Below are positions 1 to 9,077 of a stretch of DNA of 64,000 nt, piece by piece. Source of the DNA: an uncultured Saprospiraceae bacterium (lineage in GTDB: Bacteria; Bacteroidota; Bacteroidia; Chitinophagales; Saprospiraceae); contig CAZNYK010000002.1 of the NCBI GenBank assembly GCA_964577215.1, positions 9,093 through 73,092 on the forward strand. The letters are read 5' to 3'. Under the pieces are notes generated by a model, which did no database searches, had not been told where the DNA came from, and saw only the letters and a program-made list of their open reading frames with translations. Both the position numbers and the translations under genes were made by a program. How positions within the stretch are numbered: the stretch's first letter is position 1; each line of letters begins with the position of its first letter.

Positions 1-539
1 GAGTTGGCATTGGTTTCGCTGCGCCGGATGACCATCCAGTCGCGCTGGGGAGAGTAGTAACCGAGTACCGTACCGGGCGGGTCGTTGGGCGAGGGCGGCG
101 ACCCCGCAGCTACATCCACGATCCATACATTCATAGCGGCATTGTCTCTCAGCACATTCATAATGAGACCCGCGCTGTACTGGGTAGTATAGATCCCGTT
201 GTTGTTGATATTGTCGTTGAGCGCTTTGATATAGAACTGCATGTCCATATCCGCGAAATCCTGGTTTAGCTTGCACAACTGATTCAGCACCTGAGCATGG
301 GATACCCTGCCGAAGCCGGCGCCGTTGGCCACCATGTGGAAGGTAACAGGTACGTACACCGTGCTACGGAATTGTAAAGGGTTATCCTCCAGCAGTTGCT
401 TATTGCGCAGCAACCGGCCGGTGAGGATGTCATCCCATTCCGCATTGTGGCCGTTTCCGCAGTAATTGTGATTTGTTTGAGCCTGAAGCGTGAAAAAGGT
501 AGAAAGGAAAAGAAAGGTAAAAAAGAGCGCCCTCCGCAT
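1..539 (-). CDS. secreted Zn-metalloprotease-like protein, N-terminal part (continues beyond window edge)
   Basis: Own translation; the ORF is truncated and so absent from the track. Minus-strand ATG at 539-537 gives the signal-peptide-like MRRALFFTFLFLSTFFTLQAQ. The frame stays open to position 1. The segment YVPVTFHMVANGAGFG resembles the start of M43/reprolysin-like catalytic domains. An HExxH motif would lie outside the window. Confidence 0.45.
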   Translation of the reverse strand, partial: MRRALFFTFLFLSTFFTLQAQTNHNYCGNGHNAEWDDILTGRLLRNKQLLEDNPLQFRSTVYVPVTFHMVANGAGFGRVSHAQVLNQLCKLNQDFADMDMQFYIKALNDNINNNGIYTTQYSAGLIMNVLRDNAAMNVWIVDVAAGSPPSPNDPPGTVLGYYSPQRDWMVIRRSETNAN

Positions 540-709
540 ATTTGAATTGTTTTGATTTACTTACAGACCACAAAATTAACACTCTTTCCTCGCATTCGTT
601 TCATGCGCTATGCAATTTATCCGACATTGAGCGCGTAAACAACAGCACAAAAAACTTTGGTAGAGTAATCCTGTGCATTTGTCTATACCAAATGATTGCT
701 GGAAACTAT

Positions 710-717
710 TATCTTTG
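710..717 (+). promoter_or_regulatory. candidate Bacteroidota -7 promoter box TATCTTTG (TAnnTTTG)
   Basis: Exact match to the TAnnTTTG consensus 38 nt upstream of the ATG at 755. No well-spaced TTTG -33 element was found. Confidence 0.3.
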
Positions 718-754
718 CTTTTGCTTAATTAACTCTGTGTAAGTTGAGAATGAT

Positions 755-1414
755 ATGCTCAAAAATTTGAAGTCATTGTTCATCGTGGAGGAGGCAAAGC
801 CTAAACAGCCGGCTGCTGAAGACAGCGCCCAGAACAAACAGGAAAGCGCCGGGGTGCAAGCCCACACCATCAACCAATCTGAAGAAGGCCGCCCCGGTCA
901 AGTAGATCGGAAATTCATGGATATTCTCTTCAAAGCCATGGAGAGCAATAATCCTGAAGGTTTCGACTACATGGAATTCAGGCAATCACTCAACTCGCTG
1001 AAAAAAATGCCGATGGATGATCAAACACGCTTCCAATCGGCTTTCGCCATGGCCCAGACCCTGGGCGCCACCCCGTCTACCTTGCTCGATTCGGCCATGC
1101 ACTACATAGCTGTGCTAAAGCGCGAAGAAGAACAATTTGAACTCGCGCTCACTGCCCAGAAATCAAAACAAATCGGAAGCAAAGAACAGGAAATCGGTAA
1201 ATTGGAACAAAATATCCAGGCTAAAACCGAGCAAATCCAGAAGCTCAATGCGGAAATCGAGGCCAATCAAAAGCAGTTAGAGGTTCTTCGCCGCGATATT
1301 GCCGAAGCAGCCGTCAAGGTGGAAACCACCAAGAATGACTTTATTGCGTCATACAATTCATTGGTGGAGCAAATCCAGGCGGATGTGGAGCATATGAAAA
1401 AGTTCTTGAAATAA
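755..1414 (+). CDS. hypothetical coiled-coil protein (first gene of a 3-gene cassette)
   Basis: ATG-initiated 219-aa ORF. The N-terminal third is low-complexity. The C-terminal ~90 aa are heptad-rich (QEIGKLEQNIQAKTEQIQKLNAEIEANQKQLEVLRRDI). It lies 25 nt upstream of the next ORF. Confidence 0.6.
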   Translation: MLKNLKSLFIVEEAKPKQPAAEDSAQNKQESAGVQAHTINQSEEGRPGQVDRKFMDILFKAMESNNPEGFDYMEFRQSLNSLKKMPMDDQTRFQSAFAMAQTLGATPSTLLDSAMHYIAVLKREEEQFELALTAQKSKQIGSKEQEIGKLEQNIQAKTEQIQKLNAEIEANQKQLEVLRRDIAEAAVKVETTKNDFIASYNSLVEQIQADVEHMKKFLK

Positions 1415-1439
1415 CCACTCACTAAAATTTTGCAATACA

Positions 1440-2465
1440 ATGGATTCCACTATGCAAGACATGAAGCCCAAAACCTTCTGGAAACGTCCGGAAGGCATCA
1501 CCGGCCTTATCTTTTTGGCCGCCCTCGCCGCCGGCGGCGTATATTTGGTAACGGCTTTGCCCTGGGCCACCATATTCGCCAATACATTGTATCTGGCCGG
1601 TACCTTAGCCGTGTTGGGCGCCGTCGTATACATGGTACTTGATCCCAAGGTACGCAACCTTGCCTGGTATATGTACAAAAGCGTGATGCGCTCCGTCACC
1701 GGCCTTTTCGTGCAAATTGACCCGGTAGGCATTCTCAAGTCCTATGTGGAAAGCCTCCAGGAGAACCTGCGCAAAATGAACAAACAAATAAGCCAGTTGC
1801 GCGGGCAAATGCATAAGTTGCAGGAGATCATCCACAATAATAAAAAACAGATAGAGAGCAACTTGCAACTCGCCAGCAAAGCCAGGGAAAGCAACAAGCA
1901 AAACATTATGATCCTCAAGTCGAGGCAGGCAGGCAGACTGAAGGATTCCAACCTCAAATTGGAAGATCTCTATCGCAAGATGGAAATCTTGTACCGGGTG
2001 TTGACCAAAATGTACGAGAATTCTCAAATCCTGATGGAAGACATCCAGGACCAGGTCATGGTCAAAGAACAGGAACGCAAAGCCATCCATGCCAGTTATG
2101 GCGCCATGCGCTCTGCCATGAGCGTCATCTCCGGCGACCCCGACAAACGCGCCATGTTCGATATGGCTATGGAATCAATTGCCGAAGATGTAGCCAACAA
2201 AGTGGGTGAGATGGAGCGATTCATGGAAATGTCTTCCAGCTTTATGGATTCTATTGACCTGCAAAACGGCATCTTCGAAGAAGAAGGACTCAAAATGCTG
2301 GAAAAATGGGAACAGGAAGGCGTATCGCTTATCCTGGGCAAGGAAAAGGAAACTCTGCTTTTGCAAGCCAACAACCCTAATGAAGTGCTCGATCTGAACG
2401 CTCCTGTCAAACAGGCCGTGCGTGAACCGGGCCACAAGAATCAGTACGATACTCTTTTTGAATAA
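1440..2465 (+). CDS. membrane-anchored PspA/IM30-like (ESCRT-III-like) coiled-coil protein
   Basis: 341 aa. Two N-terminal hydrophobic helices (GLIFLAALAAGGVYLV, LAGTLAVLGAVVYMVL) precede a long helical region. That region begins DPVGILKSYVESLQENLRKMNKQISQLRGQ and ends AMFDMAMESIAEDVANKVGEMERFMEMS, which resembles the PspA helix pattern. The family call is by eye only. Confidence 0.5.
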   Translation: MDSTMQDMKPKTFWKRPEGITGLIFLAALAAGGVYLVTALPWATIFANTLYLAGTLAVLGAVVYMVLDPKVRNLAWYMYKSVMRSVTGLFVQIDPVGILKSYVESLQENLRKMNKQISQLRGQMHKLQEIIHNNKKQIESNLQLASKARESNKQNIMILKSRQAGRLKDSNLKLEDLYRKMEILYRVLTKMYENSQILMEDIQDQVMVKEQERKAIHASYGAMRSAMSVISGDPDKRAMFDMAMESIAEDVANKVGEMERFMEMSSSFMDSIDLQNGIFEEEGLKMLEKWEQEGVSLILGKEKETLLLQANNPNEVLDLNAPVKQAVREPGHKNQYDTLFE

Positions 2466-2486
2466 TCTCTAAAACTCCATAGAATC

Positions 2487-4052
2487 ATGGCACAAAGACT
2501 CACCACGTTTTCAAAGTTTCTCATTGTAGCCGCAGTTGTGGGCGGCGCCTTCCTCGGCATTCGATATTTGCAAGGCAGCGGCATGCTGGGCGGCGGAGAT
2601 TCAGCCGGCAATGCGGCAAAGAAAGAAGGGCGTTCCTCCGGCGGATTCAAATCTTCCGATGTGATCAAAGTCGGCGTTGTGACCTGGGGCGGCTATGCCG
2701 GCGGTCAATATTTCAACGAAGGTTTTGAAGCGAGCAAAGAATCCCGCTTTACCAAAGAGTACGGCATTCCGGTAGAATTCCAGGTGCTGGACGACTTCGA
2801 AGCCTCCCGCAATGCCTTTCGCGCCGACGAAGTGAACCTGCTCTGGAGTACTGTTGACGCTTTTCCCACCGAAGTCAACGGGCTTGCGGATTTCGACCCG
2901 GTGATCGTTTTCCAGGCCGACTGGTCGCGCGGAGGAGACGCCATTGTGGTGAGGCGCGGCATCACCAAAGTGTCTGACCTCAAAGGGAAAAAAATTGCCG
3001 TGGCAGAAATGACTCCTTCCCACTCTTTCCTGCTGTGGCTGCTTGATGCAGGCGGCATTTCGGTTAAGGATATAGAAATCGTTCCCCAAGCCAGCGCTAT
3101 CGATGCCGCAGAGGTCTTCAAAAGCCAAAAGGTGGATGCTGCCGTAGTATGGAGCCCCGACGATATTTTATGCACCAAAGCCGTTCCAGGTTCCCGCGTA
3201 TTGGAAAGCACCCGCTCCGCCACCAATATCATAGCCGATATTTTCATCGCCAAAAGAGCCTGGGCCGAAGAAAACCGCGATAAACTGCAAAAGTTATACG
3301 AAGGCTGGATGCGCGGCGCAGGGGAGATCAATTCCAGCGCTTCCGCTCGCCGCAAAGCCGCCGAAATCCTGGCGCGCGAGTTTACCGACAGGGGCACCGC
3401 GCTCAGTACCGAAGAAGCTGCCCAAATGATCGGCAATGTGCGTCTTACCACGCACGGAGACAACCGCAACTTCTTCGGCCTCAACGCCGACTATAAAGGC
3501 GTGAACGGCAATGCCCTCTATTCCCGCATGTCTGACGTTTACGGAGGCCTGGGCTATATCGAAGGGGGACCGGTGCCGAATTGGCGCAGGGTGGCCTTCC
3601 CGGCCCTGGTGACGGCTGCATCGCTCGATGGGACGGAACATGCTGCCGAAGGGCAAAAAGAATTTGAAAAAGTAACGACAGAGGAGGGTAAAGAACGCGA
3701 GGCTTTTGCCAGCAAACAAGTATCCATCAGTTTTCGCACCGCCGAATTCCAGTTGGATGAAAACGCCAAGTACATTATCGATAAAGAGTTTGTTGAAATT
3801 GCCAAAGCCTTCGGCAACGCCCGTATCCGTATTGAAGGCAATACCGACAATATCGGCAGCAGGGAAAGCAATGTACGCTTGTCCCAACAACGCGCGCAGG
3901 CAGTTGCCAACTACCTCTCCCGCGAGCACGGCATGTCGGCTAACCGCTTCATCGTAGTGGGTAACGGCCCCGACAAACCGGTGGCGCCCAACACTACCGA
4001 GGATGGTCGCGCCAGAAACCGCCGTACTGACTTTGAACTGGTTCGGGATTAA
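2487..4052 (+). CDS. NMT1/SsuA-type solute-binding domain fused to a C-terminal OmpA-like peptidoglycan-binding domain, N-terminal TM anchor
   Basis: 521 aa. TM helix FLIVAAVVGGAFLGI. The central region (IKVGVVTWGGYAGG ... KKIAVAEMTPSHSFLLWLL) looks like nitrate/sulfonate/bicarbonate-type binding proteins. The C-terminus RIEGNTDNIGSRESNVRLSQQRAQAVANYL...GRARNRRTDFELV is a typical OmpA_C motif. Confidence 0.7.
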   Translation: MAQRLTTFSKFLIVAAVVGGAFLGIRYLQGSGMLGGGDSAGNAAKKEGRSSGGFKSSDVIKVGVVTWGGYAGGQYFNEGFEASKESRFTKEYGIPVEFQVLDDFEASRNAFRADEVNLLWSTVDAFPTEVNGLADFDPVIVFQADWSRGGDAIVVRRGITKVSDLKGKKIAVAEMTPSHSFLLWLLDAGGISVKDIEIVPQASAIDAAEVFKSQKVDAAVVWSPDDILCTKAVPGSRVLESTRSATNIIADIFIAKRAWAEENRDKLQKLYEGWMRGAGEINSSASARRKAAEILAREFTDRGTALSTEEAAQMIGNVRLTTHGDNRNFFGLNADYKGVNGNALYSRMSDVYGGLGYIEGGPVPNWRRVAFPALVTAASLDGTEHAAEGQKEFEKVTTEEGKEREAFASKQVSISFRTAEFQLDENAKYIIDKEFVEIAKAFGNARIRIEGNTDNIGSRESNVRLSQQRAQAVANYLSREHGMSANRFIVVGNGPDKPVAPNTTEDGRARNRRTDFELVRD

Positions 4053-4057
4053 TAGTT

Positions 4058-4092
4058 CAATGGCCCTGCGACTCCACCCCGCAGGGCCATTG
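4058..4092 (+). terminator. terminator-like hairpin after the 3-gene cassette
   Basis: Perfect 13-bp inverted repeat CAATGGCCCTGCG / CGCAGGGCCATTG with a 9-nt loop, starting 6 nt after the stop. No U-tract follows. Confidence 0.5.
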
Positions 4093-4150
4093 AGCCTTGG
4101 CCCGGCCTTTCATTTTTTACCCAATAATTCATTACTCAACACGTTCTCTC

Positions 4151-6076
4151 ATGCTTGAGGCACACAAAACGCTAAAATACCAACTTAAATCTTTAGAAAA
4201 AATTCCGGTCAAGATATGGGACGACCCCAAAGAAGGGTCTATTCACCTCGCCCGTTCTCTTGCCCTCGCCATCCGGCAAAAACAACAAGACGGAGAAAAA
4301 ATCGTACTGGGCCTGGCTACAGGCTCCTCCCCTATCCAGGTGTATTCCGAACTCGTTCGCCTGCACCGGGAAGAAGGCCTTAGCTTTAAAAATGTGATCA
4401 CCTTCAACCTCGACGAATACTATCCTATGCAGCCTGAAGCGCAGCAAAGCTATGTGCGCTTCATGCGGGAGTACCTTTTCGATCATGTGGATATTGACCC
4501 CAGTAACATTCACATCCCCGAGGGCTCCATACCAATGGAAGAGGTAGAAGCCTATTGCGAACGGTACGAAAAACTCATCGACCAGAATGGCGGCATTGAT
4601 ATCCAACTGCTCGGTATTGGCCGAACAGGGCACATAGGATTCAACGAACCCGGGTCATGGGAGGATTCCAAAACCCGTTTGGTGCGACTCGACGCCCTGA
4701 CGCGCCGCGATGCCGTGAAAGATTTCAACCGGGAAGAAGAGGTGCCTTATCGCGCCATTACGATGGGCATCGGCAGCATAATGAAAGCCCGTACCATTTA
4801 TCTTATGGCCTGGGGCAGCCACAAAGCGCAAGTTTTACGGGAGGCTGTGGAAGGGCCGGTTACGCCCTCCGTGCCTGCCACATTCCTTCAGCGCCACAAC
4901 AATGTGAAAGTATATGCAGATGTGGCTGCCTGCGAAGAGCTCACCCGTATCAAAACGCCATGGTTGGTAGGCATGTGTCACTGGACGGAAGATTTAGTCT
5001 GCAAAGCGGTCGTCTGGTTATCCCTCAAAACGGGGAAACCAATTCTCAAACTTACCGACGAGGACTACAGCGAAAATAATCTCAGCGACCTCACTATTGA
5101 ATACGACGACGCCTACAACATCAATATCCGCATTTTTAACCGCCTGCAGCACACCATCTCCGGATGGCCCGGCGGTAAGCCCAATGCCGACGATACCAAC
5201 CGGCCGGAACGCGCCAAACCCGCTAAAAAGCGAGTTATCATCTTCAGCCCTCACCCCGACGACGATGTCATCTCCATGGGGGGCACCTTCCTGCGCCTGG
5301 TCGAACAAGGGCACGACGTACACGTGGCTTATCAAACCTCGGGCAATATTGCGGTGCACGACTACGACGCGCGCCGCTTTATGGAGTTCGTCCAGGAATT
5401 CACCCAGGCAACCGGCGTAGGCAATGATACAGTGGGAATGCTTTACCAAAAAGTCATGCAGTCGCTCAACCACAAACAATCTCAGGAAACTGACATTGAG
5501 GAAGTAAGGAAAATAAAGGGGTTCATCCGCCGGGGAGAAGCCCGTGCCGGCGCCCGGTTTTGCGGCCTGAACGACGATCATATCCACTTCCTGGATATGC
5601 CCTTCTACGAAACCGGCCGAACCCGAAAAAAGCCCATCAGCGAGGAAGATGTGCGCCTCATCGTTGACCTGATGGAAAAAGTGAAACCGCACCAGGTATA
5701 TGCCGCCGGCGACCTGGCCGACCCGCACGGCACGCACCGCGTTTGTTTGGATGCCATCTTTGAGGCCTTCCGGCAAATGAGCGACCGCCCATGGATGAAG
5801 GACTGCTGGCTGTGGCTGTACCGCGGCGCATGGCACGAGTGGAGCATTGATGAGATAGAAATGGCCGTGCCTATCAGCCCCAAACAATTGGAGCGCAAGC
5901 GCAGGGCCATATTCATGCACCAAAGCCAGAAGGACCAACCGCCCTTCCCGGGCAGCGATGACCGCGAGTTCTGGCAGCGCGCAGAACAGCGCAACCGCGA
6001 TACGGCCGGTATCTACCGCGCCCTCGGCCTGGCTGAATACGAGGCCATGGAAGCCTTCAGACGCTGGAAGTTTTAG
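4151..6076 (+). CDS. nagB: glucosamine-6-phosphate deaminase, long form with C-terminal LmbE/PIG-L-like deacetylase domain
   Basis: N-terminal NagB motifs (LGLATGSSP, FNLDEY, LLGIGRTGHIGFNEPG). The C-terminal domain carries HPDDDVISMGG and DPHGTH metal-binding motifs. Start set at ATG 4151, because the track's TTG at 4097 lies inside the upstream hairpin. Confidence 0.85.
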   Translation: MLEAHKTLKYQLKSLEKIPVKIWDDPKEGSIHLARSLALAIRQKQQDGEKIVLGLATGSSPIQVYSELVRLHREEGLSFKNVITFNLDEYYPMQPEAQQSYVRFMREYLFDHVDIDPSNIHIPEGSIPMEEVEAYCERYEKLIDQNGGIDIQLLGIGRTGHIGFNEPGSWEDSKTRLVRLDALTRRDAVKDFNREEEVPYRAITMGIGSIMKARTIYLMAWGSHKAQVLREAVEGPVTPSVPATFLQRHNNVKVYADVAACEELTRIKTPWLVGMCHWTEDLVCKAVVWLSLKTGKPILKLTDEDYSENNLSDLTIEYDDAYNINIRIFNRLQHTISGWPGGKPNADDTNRPERAKPAKKRVIIFSPHPDDDVISMGGTFLRLVEQGHDVHVAYQTSGNIAVHDYDARRFMEFVQEFTQATGVGNDTVGMLYQKVMQSLNHKQSQETDIEEVRKIKGFIRRGEARAGARFCGLNDDHIHFLDMPFYETGRTRKKPISEEDVRLIVDLMEKVKPHQVYAAGDLADPHGTHRVCLDAIFEAFRQMSDRPWMKDCWLWLYRGAWHEWSIDEIEMAVPISPKQLERKRRAIFMHQSQKDQPPFPGSDDREFWQRAEQRNRDTAGIYRALGLAEYEAMEAFRRWKF

Positions 6077-6123
6077 AAAAAAAATCACATCTGTCCTCTG
6101 CTCTGCCATAAACGACGCACACC

Positions 6124-8052
6124 ATGCAACTCAACGCTACCGCCTGGGGCATCATCATCGCCTTTTTCGCTTTGTCTATGTTAATCGGCTTGCTGGCTTC
6201 CCGCCGGGCAGGCAAGAGTTTTTCGGAGTATTTTCTCTCCGGTCGCAACATGCCCTGGTGGCTGCTCGGTTTTTCCATGGTCGCTACCACCTTTTCAAGT
6301 GATACTCCTAACCTGGTTACCGATATTGTGCGCAACAACGGCATCGCCGGCAACTGGGTTTGGTGGGCATTTCTCCTGACCGGTATGCTTACCGTTTTTG
6401 TGTACGCCAAGTTGTGGCGTCGTTCAGGCATACGCACTGACCTCGAGTTCTATGAGTTGCGCTATAGCGGTAAGGCCGCCTCTTTTCTCAGAGGCTTTCG
6501 CGCCATATATCTCGGCGTGTTTTTCAACGTGGCTATCATGGCCACAGTATCTTTGGCTGCCATCAAAATAGGCGGGGTACTGTTGGGGTGGACACCTGAA
6601 AAAACCTTGCTCATCGCCGGAACCGTCACCGTGATCTACACCATGCTCGGCGGTTTGCGCGGTGTGGTGTGGACGGACTTCTTCCAGTTCATTCTCGCTA
6701 TGACGGGAATGGTGCTGGCCGCTATTTATGTGCTCAATCTTCCGGAGGTGGGCGGTTTGGGCAACCTGCTGCAAAACGAGGCCGTGAGCGGAAAGCTGAA
6801 CTTCCTTCCAGATTTCAACGACCACAAAAACCTCCTTATTCTGCTCATCATTCCCTTAGCCGTTCAATGGTGGAGCGTATGGTATCCCGGCGCCGAACCC
6901 GGCGGAGGAGGATACATCGTACAGAGGATGCTTTCCGCCAAAAATGAAGAGCACGCAGTGGGCGCCACGCTTTTTTTCAACATAGCGCACTACGCCCTGC
7001 GCCCCTGGCCCTGGATATTGATAGCCCTGGCCTCCTTGGTGATCTTCCCGATGGACAGCCTGGAGCAGCGCAAACAAGCAGCAGAATCCCTGCGATCAGA
7101 AAGCATGACGGCAGTCGTTCAGGCAATAAAAACGAACCCGGGCAGCGTCAGCGCAGCAGACCGCGAAAAGGTGCAGGCCCTTCGATTCCAGGAAAGCGGG
7201 CTTACTGCTCTTCGGCAGGCATTCCCCAAAAACCTGGTACCCGACGACAAAATCGGCCATGACCTCGCCTTTCCCGCCATGCTGGGCAAACTGCCGCCGG
7301 TCCTGCTCGGTTTGCTCATTGCCGCCCTCATTGCCGCTTTCATGTCTACAATTAGTACGCACCTCAACTGGGGTTCCTCCTATATTGTCAATGACTTTTA
7401 CCGGCGTTTCCTCAAGCCGAAAGCAGAAGACAATGAATTGGTGCTTGTTGGCCGCTTGTCAACCGTAGTGCTGATGATCCTCTCAGCCTTGCTCGCACTG
7501 AAACTGAGCAGCGCGCTGGGCGCCTTCAATATACTTCTGCAAATTGGCGCCGGTACAGGGCTCATTTTTATCCTTCGCTGGTTTTGGTGGCGCATCAACG
7601 CGTACAGCGAGATCACGGCCATGATCGTTTCATTTCTCATCGCCCTGTACTTTCAGTTTTCGGCATTTGGTAAAGCGCAGCCCGATCATATCCGGTTGAT
7701 CCTGGGCGTGGCCGTGACTACATTGGCCTGGGTGAGCGTGACCTTGTTAACCCGACCGACGAAACAATCCGTATTAGCGGATTTTTATGCCCTCATCCGG
7801 CCCCACGCCGCAGGATGGAGGCCGGTGATCGAAAAAGCCCGCGAAGAGGGCCATCCCGCCGGCGCGGCGGTATCCACCGGCAAATTGCCGCGAGAACTGG
7901 CTTGTATGATCGCCGGTTGCTTTATGGTGTATGGCCTGCTATTTTCCATGGGTTACCTGCTATACGGACAAGCAATCTACGCCTTGCCCGGTTTAGCCAT
8001 TTCAGCCATAGCGGGGTGGATCATTGTCAGGAACTGGAGAGCGTTGCATTGA
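6124..8052 (+). CDS. sodium:solute symporter (SSS) family transporter
   Basis: 642-aa polytopic protein. SSS-like N-terminus (EYFLSGRNMPWW, ATTFSSDTPNLV) and GGGYIVQRMLSAK. It starts 47 nt after nagB. Confidence 0.85.
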   Translation: MQLNATAWGIIIAFFALSMLIGLLASRRAGKSFSEYFLSGRNMPWWLLGFSMVATTFSSDTPNLVTDIVRNNGIAGNWVWWAFLLTGMLTVFVYAKLWRRSGIRTDLEFYELRYSGKAASFLRGFRAIYLGVFFNVAIMATVSLAAIKIGGVLLGWTPEKTLLIAGTVTVIYTMLGGLRGVVWTDFFQFILAMTGMVLAAIYVLNLPEVGGLGNLLQNEAVSGKLNFLPDFNDHKNLLILLIIPLAVQWWSVWYPGAEPGGGGYIVQRMLSAKNEEHAVGATLFFNIAHYALRPWPWILIALASLVIFPMDSLEQRKQAAESLRSESMTAVVQAIKTNPGSVSAADREKVQALRFQESGLTALRQAFPKNLVPDDKIGHDLAFPAMLGKLPPVLLGLLIAALIAAFMSTISTHLNWGSSYIVNDFYRRFLKPKAEDNELVLVGRLSTVVLMILSALLALKLSSALGAFNILLQIGAGTGLIFILRWFWWRINAYSEITAMIVSFLIALYFQFSAFGKAQPDHIRLILGVAVTTLAWVSVTLLTRPTKQSVLADFYALIRPHAAGWRPVIEKAREEGHPAGAAVSTGKLPRELACMIAGCFMVYGLLFSMGYLLYGQAIYALPGLAISAIAGWIIVRNWRALH

Positions 8053-8070
8053 CCAAGCGGTTATCTTTGC

Positions 8071-8997
8071 CTATTTCCAACTCTCCCAACCGGGAGCGAG
8101 CCTTTTGTACAATCCGGAGCTGTCGCTGTAAAAGAATGACCTCGGGTTTTGAGAAGATCGTATGACGTAGGGCTGCTTTCCAAGCGTATCCCTGTAAAAG
8201 GTGATGACTAAAGTCTCGGGAATATTATTGCCCCGAATGCTGAGTTTGCGGTAAAAATACTCATCAGCCCGCAGTTCGTCAAAATCGTCGGCAAAAGTTT
8301 CTCCGGAAACATTCCGGAAAATGTTGAGGTAATCTTCGACCTCCATTGAATCAAGCGCTTCGGCGCCCAGCATCCAGCCCTGCGGCGTACGCGAAAATTC
8401 AAGGGTCGTATCCGGGCTTTCCCAACTGAAGCCAGTGACATCCATCTCCCGTTTCATGCGCAGCAGCAGCCGGTTGCGGTACTCGTCAAAGGACCTGCCG
8501 ATGTTCATCGCCTGGAACCCATCCACGGCGAAAACAGTATTTTCCCCTTGAAGCCGAAGAAAGGAAACAACAGACTGGGTTTCCGGATCAAAATCCTCCC
8601 TTCCCAGCAAAAAATCTTCAATCAACTTGCCGCTTTCATATAACCTGAGCCTGAGCGACTGCTTTTCGTCAACGCCGTACACCGGCCATAATTCTTTGTT
8701 TTTAGCTGCGATATGCCTGGTCTCAATCCGGGAAAGAGCCGTCAACAATTTTCCTACCGGCTCTGGATCTGCTATTATACTACGCTCGCCATCTGTCAAT
8801 ATCCAGCCGCTTGTTTCCTTGCTGAGGCTGAATTCGCGCCCATCGGCAGGTAAAAATACGACTAGACTCAGCGCAGTCGTATCCACTTCGACAAGCGTAG
8901 TTTGAAAAGAACGCTCCCGCTTGCCAAATTCCCTGCGCGACAGGATCACAGCCGCCACGAGCATCAGGAAAATTAGAACCAAGTGCTTGTTTTTCAT
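8071..8997 (-). CDS. DUF4340-like secreted/anchored protein
   Basis: 308 aa. N-terminal anchor MKNKHLVLIFLMLVAAVIL, then the pattern SGWILTDGERSIIADPEPVGKLLTALSRIE typical of DUF4340 proteins. Assignment by eye. Confidence 0.5.
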   Translation of the reverse strand: MKNKHLVLIFLMLVAAVILSRREFGKRERSFQTTLVEVDTTALSLVVFLPADGREFSLSKETSGWILTDGERSIIADPEPVGKLLTALSRIETRHIAAKNKELWPVYGVDEKQSLRLRLYESGKLIEDFLLGREDFDPETQSVVSFLRLQGENTVFAVDGFQAMNIGRSFDEYRNRLLLRMKREMDVTGFSWESPDTTLEFSRTPQGWMLGAEALDSMEVEDYLNIFRNVSGETFADDFDELRADEYFYRKLSIRGNNIPETLVITFYRDTLGKQPYVIRSSQNPRSFFYSDSSGLYKRLAPGWESWK

Positions 8998-9077
8998 GGT
9001 GTCGCTTGTTTCCGGTTTTCATCCTGGAACCGGATAAGCCGCCGGGCGAAGGCAGCAAGTTTCCGGCTTTCACCGCT

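Noticed and set aside
542-742. 66-aa + strand ORF in the divergent promoter region
   Set aside because: It is AT-rich, Cys/Asn/Leu-rich and motif-free, and it sits between two divergently transcribed genes. It is most likely non-coding promoter DNA.
5018-6109. 363-aa minus-strand ORF antisense to nagB
   Set aside because: It lies entirely inside a gene with strong family motifs. The composition is Arg/Ala/Gly/Val-rich, as is typical of antisense frames in G+C-rich DNA. No recognisable motif.
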